A DNA stretch of 64,000 nt from a virus: positions 1 through 64,000 of the IMG/VR virus record IMGVR_UViG_3300025073_000027, one strand, 5' to 3'. Below are positions 9,607 to 19,270 of this stretch, piece after piece (positions within the stretch are counted from its first letter, which is position 1; every line of letters begins with the position of its first letter). The position numbers were made by a program, and so were the translations under genes. The notes below the pieces were generated by a model that did no database searches, was not told the origin of the DNA, and saw nothing but the letters and a program-made list of their open reading frames with translations.

Positions 9607-10056
9607 TTATCTGTTATTCAATTCTTCATCAAAACGTTTCCAGCACTTATCTTTTTGTTGAAAATAACTGCATTTAGAAAAAGCACCCCATTCACACTCA
9701 TCCCAATCAGGAGTTATATCATAATTTGCATTCTGATACCACCAATGAGGACATACATACTCTCTCATTTCCATACCAATTTCAAATTTCTTTCCATTCC
9801 ACCACTCTTCGTATGTCATACCACCAAAATTTAGATCTCCTCCAAGAATAATGCCAGGATTACATTCTACTACCCTTCGAACACTATTCACTTTAATCTT
9901 TTCGGTAAATTCTTCAAATTCATGAACAAAATGATATTTTCCTGTGCCTTTACAGGTATAACAAACGTTTCCATAACCATCATGTTCTGCCATACCAACA
10001 TAAATACCCCTTCCCTTGCAACTAGGACATTGCTCATCAATTTCAATTTTTTTCAT
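9607..10056 (-). CDS. Protein with DnaJ-type CxxCxGxG zinc finger
   Basis: CPSCKGRG and CYTCKGTG. Confidence 0.75.
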   Translation of the reverse strand: MKKIEIDEQCPSCKGRGIYVGMAEHDGYGNVCYTCKGTGKYHFVHEFEEFTEKIKVNSVRRVVECNPGIILGGDLNFGGMTYEEWWNGKKFEIGMEMREYVCPHWWYQNANYDITPDWDECEWGAFSKCSYFQQKDKCWKRFDEELNNR

Positions 10057-10095
10057 TATTTATTTTCCTTTATTTATTATAAAACCCTATTTTTA

Positions 10096-10296
10096 TTACA
10101 ATAATCCGGCCTCATCAGTATACATTTCAGCACCGCATTCACAAGTATATAAATTAATCCATCGAGCAAAATATCCATCTGTGAAGAATGGTTTCAATCC
10201 ACGCTTCTTGTATTCCTTTTTAGATTTAACTTCAACCCAACGATGCTTTCCTAATAAACCATGTCCTTTTCCATTTTCAAGAATACATTGTTTCAT
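10096..10296 (-). CDS. Small Cys/His protein
   Basis: RBS AGGAG; C..H..CEC. Confidence 0.6.
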   Translation of the reverse strand: MKQCILENGKGHGLLGKHRWVEVKSKKEYKKRGLKPFFTDGYFARWINLYTCECGAEMYTDEAGLL

Positions 10297-10324
10297 TTTT
10301 TATTCTCCTAATAAATATTTGATT

Positions 10325-10507
10325 CTATTGGTTATATACGGCACAAATTTTATATATGTAATCCCATCCACTCATCCGATCTTCAATTTTTGCAGAAAAT
10401 ATACTTTCTTGTGCGCCTTCTTTAGTATCGAAAATTTGCTGCTCAAGAATACAATCAAATGTATTATCGTCTCTTAAGGCAACTACTATATATTTTTCGT
10501 TTTCCAT
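10325..10507 (-). CDS. Hypothetical protein
   Basis: ORF between palindromes. Confidence 0.6.
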   Translation of the reverse strand: MENEKYIVVALRDDNTFDCILEQQIFDTKEGAQESIFSAKIEDRMSGWDYIYKICAVYNQ

Positions 10508-10542
10508 AATTTAATCCTTATAAAACCACCTTTTTATCTGGT

Positions 10543-10573
10543 GATAGTGGGGAGTTTTGACCTCCCCACTATC
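10543..10573 (-). terminator. GC-rich hairpin after the 10587-13037 gene pair
   Basis: gatagtggggag-ttttgac-ctccccactatc, 12-bp perfect stem. Confidence 0.7.
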
Positions 10574-10586
10574 CAAACACCTAATA

Positions 10587-10976
10587 CTAAAGTTCTTCGA
10601 GCATCTTTGATAGATCTTCAACAGACATACTATGTAACACTTCATCTTGTTTGGCAGAAATAATCTCCATAACCTTTTGCTTCTTTTCTTTTTGTTCTTT
10701 AGCCTTAAGTTTTGCTTCCTTTTCTGCAAGTTTGATACTTACGATGTGCTTTACAATTTCAACTTTAACCGTAAGTTCTTCGTCTTCCTTTGTTCTCTTA
10801 TTGAGAAGACTTTCTTCTTTAGATTGCTTTACTTCAGAGTTAAGTACCTTGAAAACTGAATCTAAATTCTCAAGAGACAAATCCCATAAATCTTCTACAG
10901 ACACTACCCCACGAAAAGGAAATCGGAGTTTTGCCCTAGTTGCTACTTCAAACATATTATCATTATTAGTTGTCAT
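10587..10976 (-). CDS. Conserved phage coiled-coil protein (partner of the 681-aa protein)
   Basis: MFEVATRAKLRFPFRGVVSVEDLWDL motif typical of a widespread phage family; long coiled coil. Confidence 0.85.
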   Translation of the reverse strand: MTTNNDNMFEVATRAKLRFPFRGVVSVEDLWDLSLENLDSVFKVLNSEVKQSKEESLLNKRTKEDEELTVKVEIVKHIVSIKLAEKEAKLKAKEQKEKKQKVMEIISAKQDEVLHSMSVEDLSKMLEEL

Positions 10977-10991
10977 TTTATTTTTCTCCTT

Positions 10992-13037
10992 TTAAAATTT
11001 TATCTTAATTATTCTTTCTGATTGACCTGTTATCTTTGCCACTACTTCATTTCTTTTTGTTGATGAAAATCCTAAACCAGATAATTGATCATCGGTATCT
11101 TTTACTGCCATTTTTCCACCAAGAGCTTCAAATACTCTCTTGTGTTGCATCAAGTCCTCTTTGAGAAATTCATTGTAAAACCCGTTTGGATTTTCAGGAT
11201 TGACGCAATTTTTCAACATAAAAAAGTAGTGCCGATGTCCAATTCCATCTTGTTCATCCCAATAATTAGGGGAATACATAACAACTGACACTGGAATAAA
11301 TTGATTTATTTTTAAACTCCATACCTCCTTAGATGAAACACTTGATGGTAATTTTTCTGAAATAGAAAATCCCATTTCTCTATTGAATACAACTTCCGCT
11401 ACTTGCACATTTTCATTCTGTCTAACTTCTTTGTTATAGTCAAAAGAATATATTTGTCCATCAAATTCTATTTCTGATTTAAATCCGCTTCTACCTCCAC
11501 GATTAGAAAAGCCATGAACAAAAAATTTATATGTTCCTTCTCTCATATGTCCCTTATTGGCCCATGTTATATTTTCAACAGCAGGAACATTTTTTAATGG
11601 ATGAATTATATCTACATCAAGATTACCACCCGTATTAATGTTGACTTTTCTCGCATAATAAATCTCATTACCTCCTGGTTCAATGCAATGAGCATCTAAA
11701 TCATTTTGATCGTGATCTAATCCATCATTCCATTGTATTGAAAAGCGTAAAACTCCCTCAACATTACCACCAGCAGATTTAACTCTTTCTTTAATGGCAC
11801 TATCAGTAATATTTCCAGAATAAGCCCAACTAAAACCGTTATTCCATTTGAACATCGTACAAGCGTCTTTATTTACAGGTGCAATGAGCGACATAAAATT
11901 GCCAGAATGTTTGTTTTCAAGAAGAATTTGCAATTCCTTAGTAATAGGTAAAACACTAGTAACAAAATCATCAACTGTTATCTCTTCTATCTTTGAAAAC
12001 TTTTTAGGACTGGTAGAAATATCAGTAAGCATTTCATCAAAAACACTTGTTCCACAGATTCGTTTAGCGGAATCCTTATTTGAAAACAAAATATTGTTCA
12101 CGGTAATATCATCGAGTGTTGCATAACGCCTATTCAAAGATTCTAAATAACCAAGTTCTTCTATGGTTTTCTTTGCATCCTCAAGCATTTTTTGAGTAAA
12201 AATTGCTTTTGGTCTTTTATAATTCGTAGGAGCAACAATTTTTTCATATTTTCTAACGGCAATATCTAAATCTTCACCTTCACTAATATCAACAAGTAAA
12301 GTGCCAATAGAATGATTCCGAATTCTGCCAATTGCACCGCCAACTTTGACAGACTTTTCCCAAGTGTAATTTTCTCTTTCTTCTACGGATTGTAATTTTG
12401 TATATTCCTTCTTTAACTTTAAGAAATCTGTAAGTACCGATTTCCATTCCTCACCCTTGTATAAGGAGTTTTGAGAAATCAATTCCAAGACTGTTAACAA
12501 ACTTTCTTCAGAGATTTCTTCTAATGATCTTTTAAAAACATTTCTTGTATCTCTATACGTTCCCTTCACATCCCCGATTGATTTACCGGAGTTATTTACA
12601 AACCTATCAGGTAACTTTATATAAAAATGCTGCCATTCAACAACATTATCTTCGGATTTTTCAAAGTTCTTATCCGTTCCAATTGAACTAAATTTAGTAA
12701 CAAACACATCAGATACGATTTTAGACTTTACATACTGAGACAATGCATTAATTACAGGTTGAAATGTGGAATCTTCTATTTCAAAATCCCAAATAGTTTT
12801 TATTCTATTGTTATTTATAACCACAACATTTCCAATGTTTTTAATAAAATGCTTACAGCAGCTACAATCGAATTCTCTTCTTTGACGATAGATATTATTT
12901 GTTCCTTCTGGAAAACTATCAAGGTATAAATTCCAAAGCACATCCTTATCTAAATCAACTTCAAATAAAACATTTTCTCCTTCTGTTATAGTCTTGAAAT
13001 TTTGTTGAAATACTTTTTTGAAATCCTTGAACTCCAT
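10992..13037 (-). CDS. Large conserved phage protein with YfaP/DUF2135-like domain
   Basis: FDCSCCKHFI at the N-terminus; LRFSIQWN...NDLDAHCIEP...LDVD...AVENITW. Confidence 0.85.
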   Translation of the reverse strand: MEFKDFKKVFQQNFKTITEGENVLFEVDLDKDVLWNLYLDSFPEGTNNIYRQRREFDCSCCKHFIKNIGNVVVINNNRIKTIWDFEIEDSTFQPVINALSQYVKSKIVSDVFVTKFSSIGTDKNFEKSEDNVVEWQHFYIKLPDRFVNNSGKSIGDVKGTYRDTRNVFKRSLEEISEESLLTVLELISQNSLYKGEEWKSVLTDFLKLKKEYTKLQSVEERENYTWEKSVKVGGAIGRIRNHSIGTLLVDISEGEDLDIAVRKYEKIVAPTNYKRPKAIFTQKMLEDAKKTIEELGYLESLNRRYATLDDITVNNILFSNKDSAKRICGTSVFDEMLTDISTSPKKFSKIEEITVDDFVTSVLPITKELQILLENKHSGNFMSLIAPVNKDACTMFKWNNGFSWAYSGNITDSAIKERVKSAGGNVEGVLRFSIQWNDGLDHDQNDLDAHCIEPGGNEIYYARKVNINTGGNLDVDIIHPLKNVPAVENITWANKGHMREGTYKFFVHGFSNRGGRSGFKSEIEFDGQIYSFDYNKEVRQNENVQVAEVVFNREMGFSISEKLPSSVSSKEVWSLKINQFIPVSVVMYSPNYWDEQDGIGHRHYFFMLKNCVNPENPNGFYNEFLKEDLMQHKRVFEALGGKMAVKDTDDQLSGLGFSSTKRNEVVAKITGQSERIIKIKF

Positions 13038-13075
13038 TTTATATTCTCCTTATAATTTATAATCAAATTACGTTT

Positions 13076-13306
13076 TTATGACTCACTAATTCGGTAACAA
13101 TTATTTTCTTTATCCCATACTGCTTTATCTAGCAAATGATTTAAAACTTCTTTTACAAAATCTATTTGCATGAATTCAGAATCGATTATTAATTGCCCAT
13201 TATTTTTCTGAAAGGTAATTTCACCAAATCCAGTTCCTTTAGAAATCCAACCAACAAGAAAACCATCTTTATAAAAATTTATATCCGTATGAATGATGTT
13301 ATACAT
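13076..13306 (-). CDS. Hypothetical protein
   Basis: GTGFGEITF...IDSEFM motif; ORF in array. Confidence 0.7.
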   Translation of the reverse strand: MYNIIHTDINFYKDGFLVGWISKGTGFGEITFQKNNGQLIIDSEFMQIDFVKEVLNHLLDKAVWDKENNCYRISES

Positions 13307-13309
13307 ATT

Positions 13310-13546
13310 TCACCATGAAACTTCATACCAAAGACAGGCACTATTCCAAAAAATTTTATATCCTAATGAGACTAAGTAATCCGATTCTTCATCTTTAAAA
13401 TGTTTACCATCTGTATAAAAAAATCCAGAAAACTTACCATCTTCTGCTTCTCTTTCGACAAAAGCAAAAAATAATTTTAACAAACTATCTTCTTTCATAT
13501 TCCCAATAGCTAATTCCCCTGCTTGTTCAGCCGTTAAATCTTCCAT
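13310..13546 (-). CDS. Hypothetical protein
   Basis: RBS AAGGAG; ends LGYKI...EVSW. Confidence 0.7.
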   Translation of the reverse strand: MEDLTAEQAGELAIGNMKEDSLLKLFFAFVEREAEDGKFSGFFYTDGKHFKDEESDYLVSLGYKIFWNSACLWYEVSW

Positions 13547-13587
13547 TATTTTTTCTCCTTATGAAACATGTATTTTATTTGTACCAG

Positions 13588-13669
13588 TGGGATGAGAGGG
13601 ACTTGAACCCTCACGGATTGCTCCAATAGATTTTAAGTCTATCGTGTCTGCCAATTCCACCATCATCCC
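13588..13669 (-). tRNA. tRNA-Leu (anticodon UAA)
   Basis: GGGATGA/TCATCCC acceptor stem, TGGTGGAATTGGCAGACAC D arm, ATAGA-CTTAAAA-TCTAT anticodon arm, long variable arm, GGTTCAAGTCC T arm; CCA not encoded. Confidence 0.95.
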
Positions 13670-13683
13670 ATAACAATATTATA

Positions 13684-14070
13684 TTACTTCTTTCCAGAAA
13701 TCAAGAACGCTAATACTGCAATTGCAATCAACATACCAATACCATAAACAGCCCAGGAAAATGATGCTGTACTACTCATTACTGTTTGTGACAAGTCACC
13801 AGCATGAGAAACATCAACAATCTTTTGTGCCATTTCCTGATCGTGTTCTGTTATTCTACTTACAAGATTATCTTGAATTTGAGCAAAACTACCAACAGTC
13901 ATTGTTATAACTGTTGCATCTTCAAATACAGAAGTGGTAGGAGTTACGGATTGTTCCATATTGTTTTGGGCTGAGTTAACAAGCAATGGAGGAAAAAACT
14001 TTATTGCTGCTCCAATACCGCAAGCAATTATTACAAGAACGAAAAGAAAAGCAAGTAACCCTTTATTCAT
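13684..14070 (-). CDS. Membrane protein with N- and C-terminal hydrophobic segments
   Basis: Signal/lipobox-like IIACG and C-terminal TM helix; upstream promoter TTGACA-17-TACACT at 14108-14136. Confidence 0.7.
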   Translation of the reverse strand: MNKGLLAFLFVLVIIACGIGAAIKFFPPLLVNSAQNNMEQSVTPTTSVFEDATVITMTVGSFAQIQDNLVSRITEHDQEMAQKIVDVSHAGDLSQTVMSSTASFSWAVYGIGMLIAIAVLAFLISGKK

Positions 14071-14158
14071 TTTTATTTTTCCTTATTTCTTATATATTAT
14101 AGTGTTAAGTGTACACCAACTTACATTTTATGTCAATAGAATTTCAAAAGTTGTAAGT

Positions 14159-14473
14159 TTACAACAATAACGTAATTTCATGATCTGATAATCTCTTGAA
14201 TAAATAATCTTCTTCTTGTTTAATTTTTAATGATAGTTTTGGCCCATAGTCTTTACGTGATTGAATTTCTTCGATTCTATTTTGAATGCGTTCGAATTGA
14301 TATCTCTGAATTTCGAACTGTTCTTTAGAAAGTTTCTTCACCCAACGATGAGAATATTCGCCCTCATCATTATCGTCAAAATGAGATTCCCAAATATCTA
14401 AATAATCTTTATATGTATACATTTTATCCTTATAAAATATTTTTTTATTTCTTTTTTGATAAATATCCAACAA
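14159..14473 (-). CDS. Hypothetical protein (start uncertain)
   Basis: ORF in array; RBS suggests start at MYTY. Confidence 0.55.
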   Translation of the reverse strand: MLDIYQKRNKKIFYKDKMYTYKDYLDIWESHFDDNDEGEYSHRWVKKLSKEQFEIQRYQFERIQNRIEEIQSRKDYGPKLSLKIKQEEDYLFKRLSDHEITLLL

Positions 14474-14586
14474 TGAACGCTAAACCATAAACAACAGCAC
14501 AAGAAATTACAAGTAGCAAAAAGGTAATAATTATTAACAATGCTTCGTTCATGACTTTCATCTCCTCTTATAAAATCTGTCTTTTA

Positions 14587-14784
14587 TTACAATGAGCCTT
14601 TACCGGGCAAGAATGTTCGAGAAATACAAAGCAGAACAAGAAAAACAAAAATACAACTAATTGACCCGTATATATTAAAATCAATAAAAGTATAATTAAT
14701 AAACCCCCAAATAGGGACACCAAATACAAAACAAGCGATTATAAACGCTATAAAATTTTCTACAATCTTATCTAAAGTTTTCAT
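14587..14784 (-). CDS. Two-TM small membrane protein
   Basis: Two hydrophobic helices. Confidence 0.65.
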   Translation of the reverse strand: MKTLDKIVENFIAFIIACFVFGVPIWGFINYTFIDFNIYGSISCIFVFLVLLCISRTFLPGKGSL

Positions 14785-14808
14785 TTTTATTCCTATAGAA
14801 CTAATCTT

Positions 14809-15003
14809 TTATGATAAACCTTTTTCTTTGCTGTAAAAATATACAACTACTCTCCATAACTTTGCAACCAATTCCATCAATAAATGATTGGGTGCGCCAA
14901 ATGGATCTTTTCCATAATCAACACACATTTTCAATAATTTTTCCTCTCGTTCATTAAAAGTTTGACTTGCGAGAGTAAAAGGTTCGTGTGGAAAGATATT
15001 CAT
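14809..15003 (-). CDS. Hypothetical protein
   Basis: RBS AGGAG, palindromes on both sides. Confidence 0.65.
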   Translation of the reverse strand: MNIFPHEPFTLASQTFNEREEKLLKMCVDYGKDPFGAPNHLLMELVAKLWRVVVYFYSKEKGLS

Positions 15004-15028
15004 TTTTTCTCCTGATAAATCCGATCTT

Positions 15029-15262
15029 TTATTTGTTTACAATAGTCCAGTAACCCAATTTAATTTCATCTATAATCCGTTCAACACTCCAAGTAAGTCC
15101 ATCTGCTCTAACATATGCACCATCCCAAATAATAGAAAATACTTGTTCTTTTTTTATTCCTGCCCAAAATTGATCCTCATTCGATTTCAAATATGTAAAA
15201 TTACGTAATCCTAATTCATTTTTAGGAAATTTATTAATATCCATTCTTATATCCTTATTCAT
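15029..15262 (-). CDS. Hypothetical protein
   Basis: ORF between palindromes. Confidence 0.6.
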   Translation of the reverse strand: MNKDIRMDINKFPKNELGLRNFTYLKSNEDQFWAGIKKEQVFSIIWDGAYVRADGLTWSVERIIDEIKLGYWTIVNK

Positions 15263-15277
15263 TATAAAATTGATCTT

Positions 15278-15787
15278 TTATCGTAAAGATTTTATGTTAT
15301 ATATTTCTTGTTGAAAACTATCCCATTCTTCACCATCTTCAGGATTATTTTTTTCGCGTGGTTTTTCTTTTTCAAAATCTTTATCAATAAGATCACAATC
15401 ATCATAATCTACATAACCACCAAAAAATTCTACTAATCCTGTTCCAACCAATCTCCAAAATTCATTATAGCCACCAGAAATACAACGCATATTTTCACTT
15501 GTTTCAAAATGATAATAGCCAGTATGCCATTGTTTATCTATAAAATTATTTTGAATTTCGATAGTACAAAAACCTGGACGATAATTAGATCTAGGAAAAA
15601 CAATATAATCATCTTCCTTTTCTTCTTTAGTGATAAATGTTTCTCTAACACCATCTACTTTACAATACCAACCACCTCCCGATAAACTTACTTTATATTT
15701 ATCAAGATCCAAAAGAATACCAATAACATCACAAACATCACTAAAACGAGTATCAGAAGGTAAATAAATATTACATGAAATTCCCAT
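15278..15787 (-). CDS. Hypothetical protein
   Basis: 169-aa ORF with RBS AAGGA. Confidence 0.75.
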   Translation of the reverse strand: MGISCNIYLPSDTRFSDVCDVIGILLDLDKYKVSLSGGGWYCKVDGVRETFITKEEKEDDYIVFPRSNYRPGFCTIEIQNNFIDKQWHTGYYHFETSENMRCISGGYNEFWRLVGTGLVEFFGGYVDYDDCDLIDKDFEKEKPREKNNPEDGEEWDSFQQEIYNIKSLR

Positions 15788-15812
15788 TATGTTTTTCCTT
15801 TTCTGCTATATA

Positions 15813-16838
15813 TTACTTTTTTGCCCAATCCAAAATAACATTAGCTGCATTTGCCATAGTATTAGCACGATTACCGAACAATATTGAATAATTGGATGGT
15901 TTTTTTGTTACCCTACCATGATTTTCATATTCTGTTATCGAATTAAACACACCCCAACCATCAGGAGTAATTTGAATACCATTACCACTAAATAAACTTT
16001 CAACTGCAACTCGATCACGTTCTGCTTTTTCTTTTAGAATATCAATTTTTTCTTGCTTTTCTGCTCGTAATCTAGAAGGAAAATCTACAGGAATAGGTTT
16101 AGGATCTGGATAAATTTTAAATAAAAGATCTGCAAGAGATTTTTGATTTTCAACGGCCTTCTTTGCCATAAAATTAAACATAGCAGAAGCAGTATTTACT
16201 TGATTTAATGCCTTTTCCTGAACATGTTCCATCCAAATGCCTAAATCACGCTCTAAATTGTTACTGTTATGTCTACCACTCCAAATTTTGCCTTTACCTG
16301 CTTCATTACCGGTTTCTCTTTCGCCTTCGTTTACTGCCATAGTAAAAGTGTTATTGCAAACTACCCTTACAGAAACAACATAAAGAGTAGCACCAAATTT
16401 ACCATCATAGCCCACCGCAACAAAACCATAAAGATTCACTAAATCGCCATTTACATCAAATGAAGGTAGTACCCATGTGAGAAATAGTTTTTCTCCATTG
16501 CCTAATAGCCCCAAAGTTTCTACTGGTTCTTTTACCCATTGATCAAATTGTTCACAAATTTCAAGTGGTTGAAGAATATTATAATTCTTTTTTACAAATC
16601 CAAGTAATTTTTCATTAGGATTCGAGGGAATAGCAGAACGAATAATTGCATAATCTCCTGTTACCTCTTGCAATTCTCCATTCAAAAATACACTTACTGG
16701 ACGTTTCTCATAAAACACACCCTCAAGAATAGAAAATGCCTCAACCGCACCACGAGAGGTTTCAGAAACAAAACCCAAATTATGCCAAGCGGGAGTATTA
16801 TTTAAATATACATTGTTTCCCATAATATTGTGTGCCAT
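15813..16838 (-). CDS. DUF932 family (TIGR03299-like) phage/plasmid protein
   Basis: MAHN...PAWHNLG...Y.ILQP...ETLGLLGNG...DG...RVVCNNT...RH...WGVFNSITEY. Confidence 0.9.
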   Translation of the reverse strand: MAHNIMGNNVYLNNTPAWHNLGFVSETSRGAVEAFSILEGVFYEKRPVSVFLNGELQEVTGDYAIIRSAIPSNPNEKLLGFVKKNYNILQPLEICEQFDQWVKEPVETLGLLGNGEKLFLTWVLPSFDVNGDLVNLYGFVAVGYDGKFGATLYVVSVRVVCNNTFTMAVNEGERETGNEAGKGKIWSGRHNSNNLERDLGIWMEHVQEKALNQVNTASAMFNFMAKKAVENQKSLADLLFKIYPDPKPIPVDFPSRLRAEKQEKIDILKEKAERDRVAVESLFSGNGIQITPDGWGVFNSITEYENHGRVTKKPSNYSILFGNRANTMANAANVILDWAKK

Positions 16839-16873
16839 AATTTTTATTCCTTATCCTTATTGTACTATAATTT

Positions 16874-16902
16874 ATTTTATTACATATTTGTAATTTTGTC
16901 AA
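16874..16902 (-). promoter_or_regulatory. sigma70-type promoter for the DUF932 gene
   Basis: TTGACA-17-TAAAAT. Confidence 0.65.
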
Positions 16903-16938
16903 GAGGGAATTTTATAATTTTATAAAATTCATATTTTA

Positions 16939-17352
16939 TTAACTATGACACAAATACTCTAATGCTTTTTCGTAACGATGTATTAAATTATTATAACGAT
17001 TAAAATAAACAAATTTAGCACTATGAAGATTTTCTTCCAAATCAGCAATCTTAACTTTAGTTGCAACTTTATATCTTGCTACTCGTCTAATATAAGTATC
17101 TAAGTATAATTCACCATTTCGCCTTGTGAGAAAATCAACTGCTGTTGCTATTTCATCACCAAAATTTAATTCTATATCATTTAAAGTAATATTTGTATCT
17201 TCTACAACATCGTGCAATAAGGCAACAGTCTTAATTATTGGATCTTCAAAATGCCTTGCTACCATAAGAGGATGAACAATATAGGGCAAATCACCATATT
17301 TTTGATCACCGTGAGCATTTATAACAAATCGAATTGTTTCTTCAATATCCAT
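16939..17352 (-). CDS. HD-domain small alarmone hydrolase-like protein (RelA/SpoT hydrolase, Mesh1-like)
   Basis: AHGDQ..PYIVHP, ALLHDVVEDT, LTR, VKIADLEEN. Confidence 0.85.
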   Translation of the reverse strand: MDIEETIRFVINAHGDQKYGDLPYIVHPLMVARHFEDPIIKTVALLHDVVEDTNITLNDIELNFGDEIATAVDFLTRRNGELYLDTYIRRVARYKVATKVKIADLEENLHSAKFVYFNRYNNLIHRYEKALEYLCHS

Positions 17353-17358
17353 TAATTA

Positions 17359-17667
17359 TTATCCTTCCTCTTCATCATCGAACCAATCTTCAAAATATTC
17401 ATCCTCTTCATCCTCTTCATCTTCCTCGTCTTCATCCCAATCAATATCATCATATTCTTTTTCAGCACTACCCACATTAACCCACTTCATAACCGTTTGC
17501 AAGAGATGATCATAATCACCGGACATAGCTTCATTTTGAAATTCAGTAATTTTTTCTGCGGAAACACCCGCTTTCCTCATAGCCTTAGAAACATTTCCTA
17601 AAACACTAAATGCATTTCCATCATTACCGATTAATTCAACATAGATATTAGGGTATTTTACGTCCAT
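17359..17667 (-). CDS. Conserved phage protein with highly acidic tail
   Basis: LIGNDGNAFSVLG...AMSGDYDHLL followed by a D/E-rich tail. Confidence 0.8.
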   Translation of the reverse strand: MDVKYPNIYVELIGNDGNAFSVLGNVSKAMRKAGVSAEKITEFQNEAMSGDYDHLLQTVMKWVNVGSAEKEYDDIDWDEDEEDEEDEEDEYFEDWFDDEEEG

Positions 17668-17708
17668 TTTATTTATTCTCCTGTTATATGAAATAAAGAT
17701 TTTATGAG

Positions 17709-18026
17709 TTATTCAATCCCTAAACTTTGATAAGCCTTTTCCATTTCTTCAGCTAATTTTTTTGCCTCTTCATATCCTTCTAATCTAATTTCATTGGTAT
17801 CAATATCAGTAATAAAATTCCATCTATTTTGAAAACCAATTATATTAACATTATGATCATTAAGCAAATCTAATAATTCAGATATATAATCGTGTAATTC
17901 TTCTAATTCTTCTTTTTTACCAGCATCTTCAGGACTATCAAAATATTCATCTTCTGCAATTACATCATTCCTGAATGCATCGTAAATACTACCACCATAT
18001 GTTACATAGATCCGATATTTTAACAT
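17709..18026 (-). CDS. Acidic hypothetical protein
   Basis: RBS GAGGAG. Confidence 0.7.
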   Translation of the reverse strand: MLKYRIYVTYGGSIYDAFRNDVIAEDEYFDSPEDAGKKEELEELHDYISELLDLLNDHNVNIIGFQNRWNFITDIDTNEIRLEGYEEAKKLAEEMEKAYQSLGIE

Positions 18027-18043
18027 TTTGTTTACTCCTCATA

Positions 18044-18262
18044 TTATTTATTCTTTTTCATGTACTCATTCTTTATTTCTTTAGATAAAGAATTTATATT
18101 ACCATCAATTAAAGGGCATTTAATAAACATGCATCTATGAGGTACAATATAATAAATTGCACACATTAGATTACCATGTTTATCCGTAGTGGGATAATCA
18201 TGTCGCGCAGCCCATTTATATCTACAATTTTTAAATTCTTTTAACCATTCTTTTTGATTCAT
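18044..18262 (-). CDS. Hypothetical protein
   Basis: ORF in array. Confidence 0.55.
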   Translation of the reverse strand: MNQKEWLKEFKNCRYKWAARHDYPTTDKHGNLMCAIYYIVPHRCMFIKCPLIDGNINSLSKEIKNEYMKKNK

Positions 18263-18301
18263 AATAAAATCTATTTTTTATAATAAAATGCAAATTTCAT
18301 T

Positions 18302-18730
18302 CTAATAATAAATTTCTCGGCCATAATCAACAAAACCCTCTAACTTCTTACCTGTTATACGCTTATATATTCTCAATGCACCATCATAACTTACTATTTT
18401 CATTTTCCAATTATCGCCAGTAATAACAAGTGGATTTTCCAGATCTGGAAAACGTTTAAAGTAATAAATAATAAAATTTCTTGAATAACCATGCTGATAA
18501 AAATTACCTCTCTTTTTAGCATTAGTTTTTGTATATTCAGTATCAATATAAATTTTCAAATGATCTGATTGTACATCAATAATGTCACCTTTTTCCCATT
18601 CATGAATAGGCTTATCTGTTACCTTAGCATGATCATTCCAATCCCAATTTTCAGGAAGAGTTTTCATAAATAATTCAATTTTTCTAGAAATTAAATCGCG
18701 TTCGTTTTTATTGTAACCAAAATTAGCCAT
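18302..18730 (-). CDS. Hypothetical protein
   Basis: RBS AAGGA. Confidence 0.7.
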   Translation of the reverse strand: MANFGYNKNERDLISRKIELFMKTLPENWDWNDHAKVTDKPIHEWEKGDIIDVQSDHLKIYIDTEYTKTNAKKRGNFYQHGYSRNFIIYYFKRFPDLENPLVITGDNWKMKIVSYDGALRIYKRITGKKLEGFVDYGREIYY

Positions 18731-18779
18731 AATTTTTAATCCTTATTTGTTATATACAATAAAAGAATGTTTTTATTTG

Positions 18780-19019
18780 TTATGATATAAACTGCTTTAC
18801 GCTTAAATAAGTCCAACTGTAAACTTTACGTAATGGACATTGAGGCCCACTATAAATTTTCGCATTAGATAAATACTCTTTCTTCCCCTCCCACAATTCT
18901 ACACTCCTACCAGTAGATGAAATTTTAAAAAATTGATTAGATGATAAATTTACGGTTAAATTTTTAATAATAGCTGATTTTACAGTAGGATTGATTGTAC
19001 CGGTTTTATCAATTAGCAT
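18780..19019 (-). CDS. Hypothetical protein
   Basis: RBS AGGAG. Confidence 0.65.
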   Translation of the reverse strand: MLIDKTGTINPTVKSAIIKNLTVNLSSNQFFKISSTGRSVELWEGKKEYLSNAKIYSGPQCPLRKVYSWTYLSVKQFIS

Positions 19020-19081
19020 TTTATAATTATCTCCTATTATTATAATTTACTGTTATATAAATTTATTATATCATAAAAATA

Positions 19082-19270
19082 TTATTTTATTTCAAATCCA
19101 TATTCATTATATTTTTTATCAACATCTTTATAACAAGTTTTCCATCTATCAATATGAGTATTACCGATAAAAAAACTATCATAATTTTTATTATAAATTC
19201 CCCAACATGCCCCCAACCAATATTTTTTACTATCTTCTAAAATAATTTGACCGGTTTTATTTTTATTCAT
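19082..19270 (-). CDS. Hypothetical protein
   Basis: RBS AGGAG. Confidence 0.6.
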   Translation of the reverse strand: MNKNKTGQIILEDSKKYWLGACWGIYNKNYDSFFIGNTHIDRWKTCYKDVDKKYNEYGFEIK

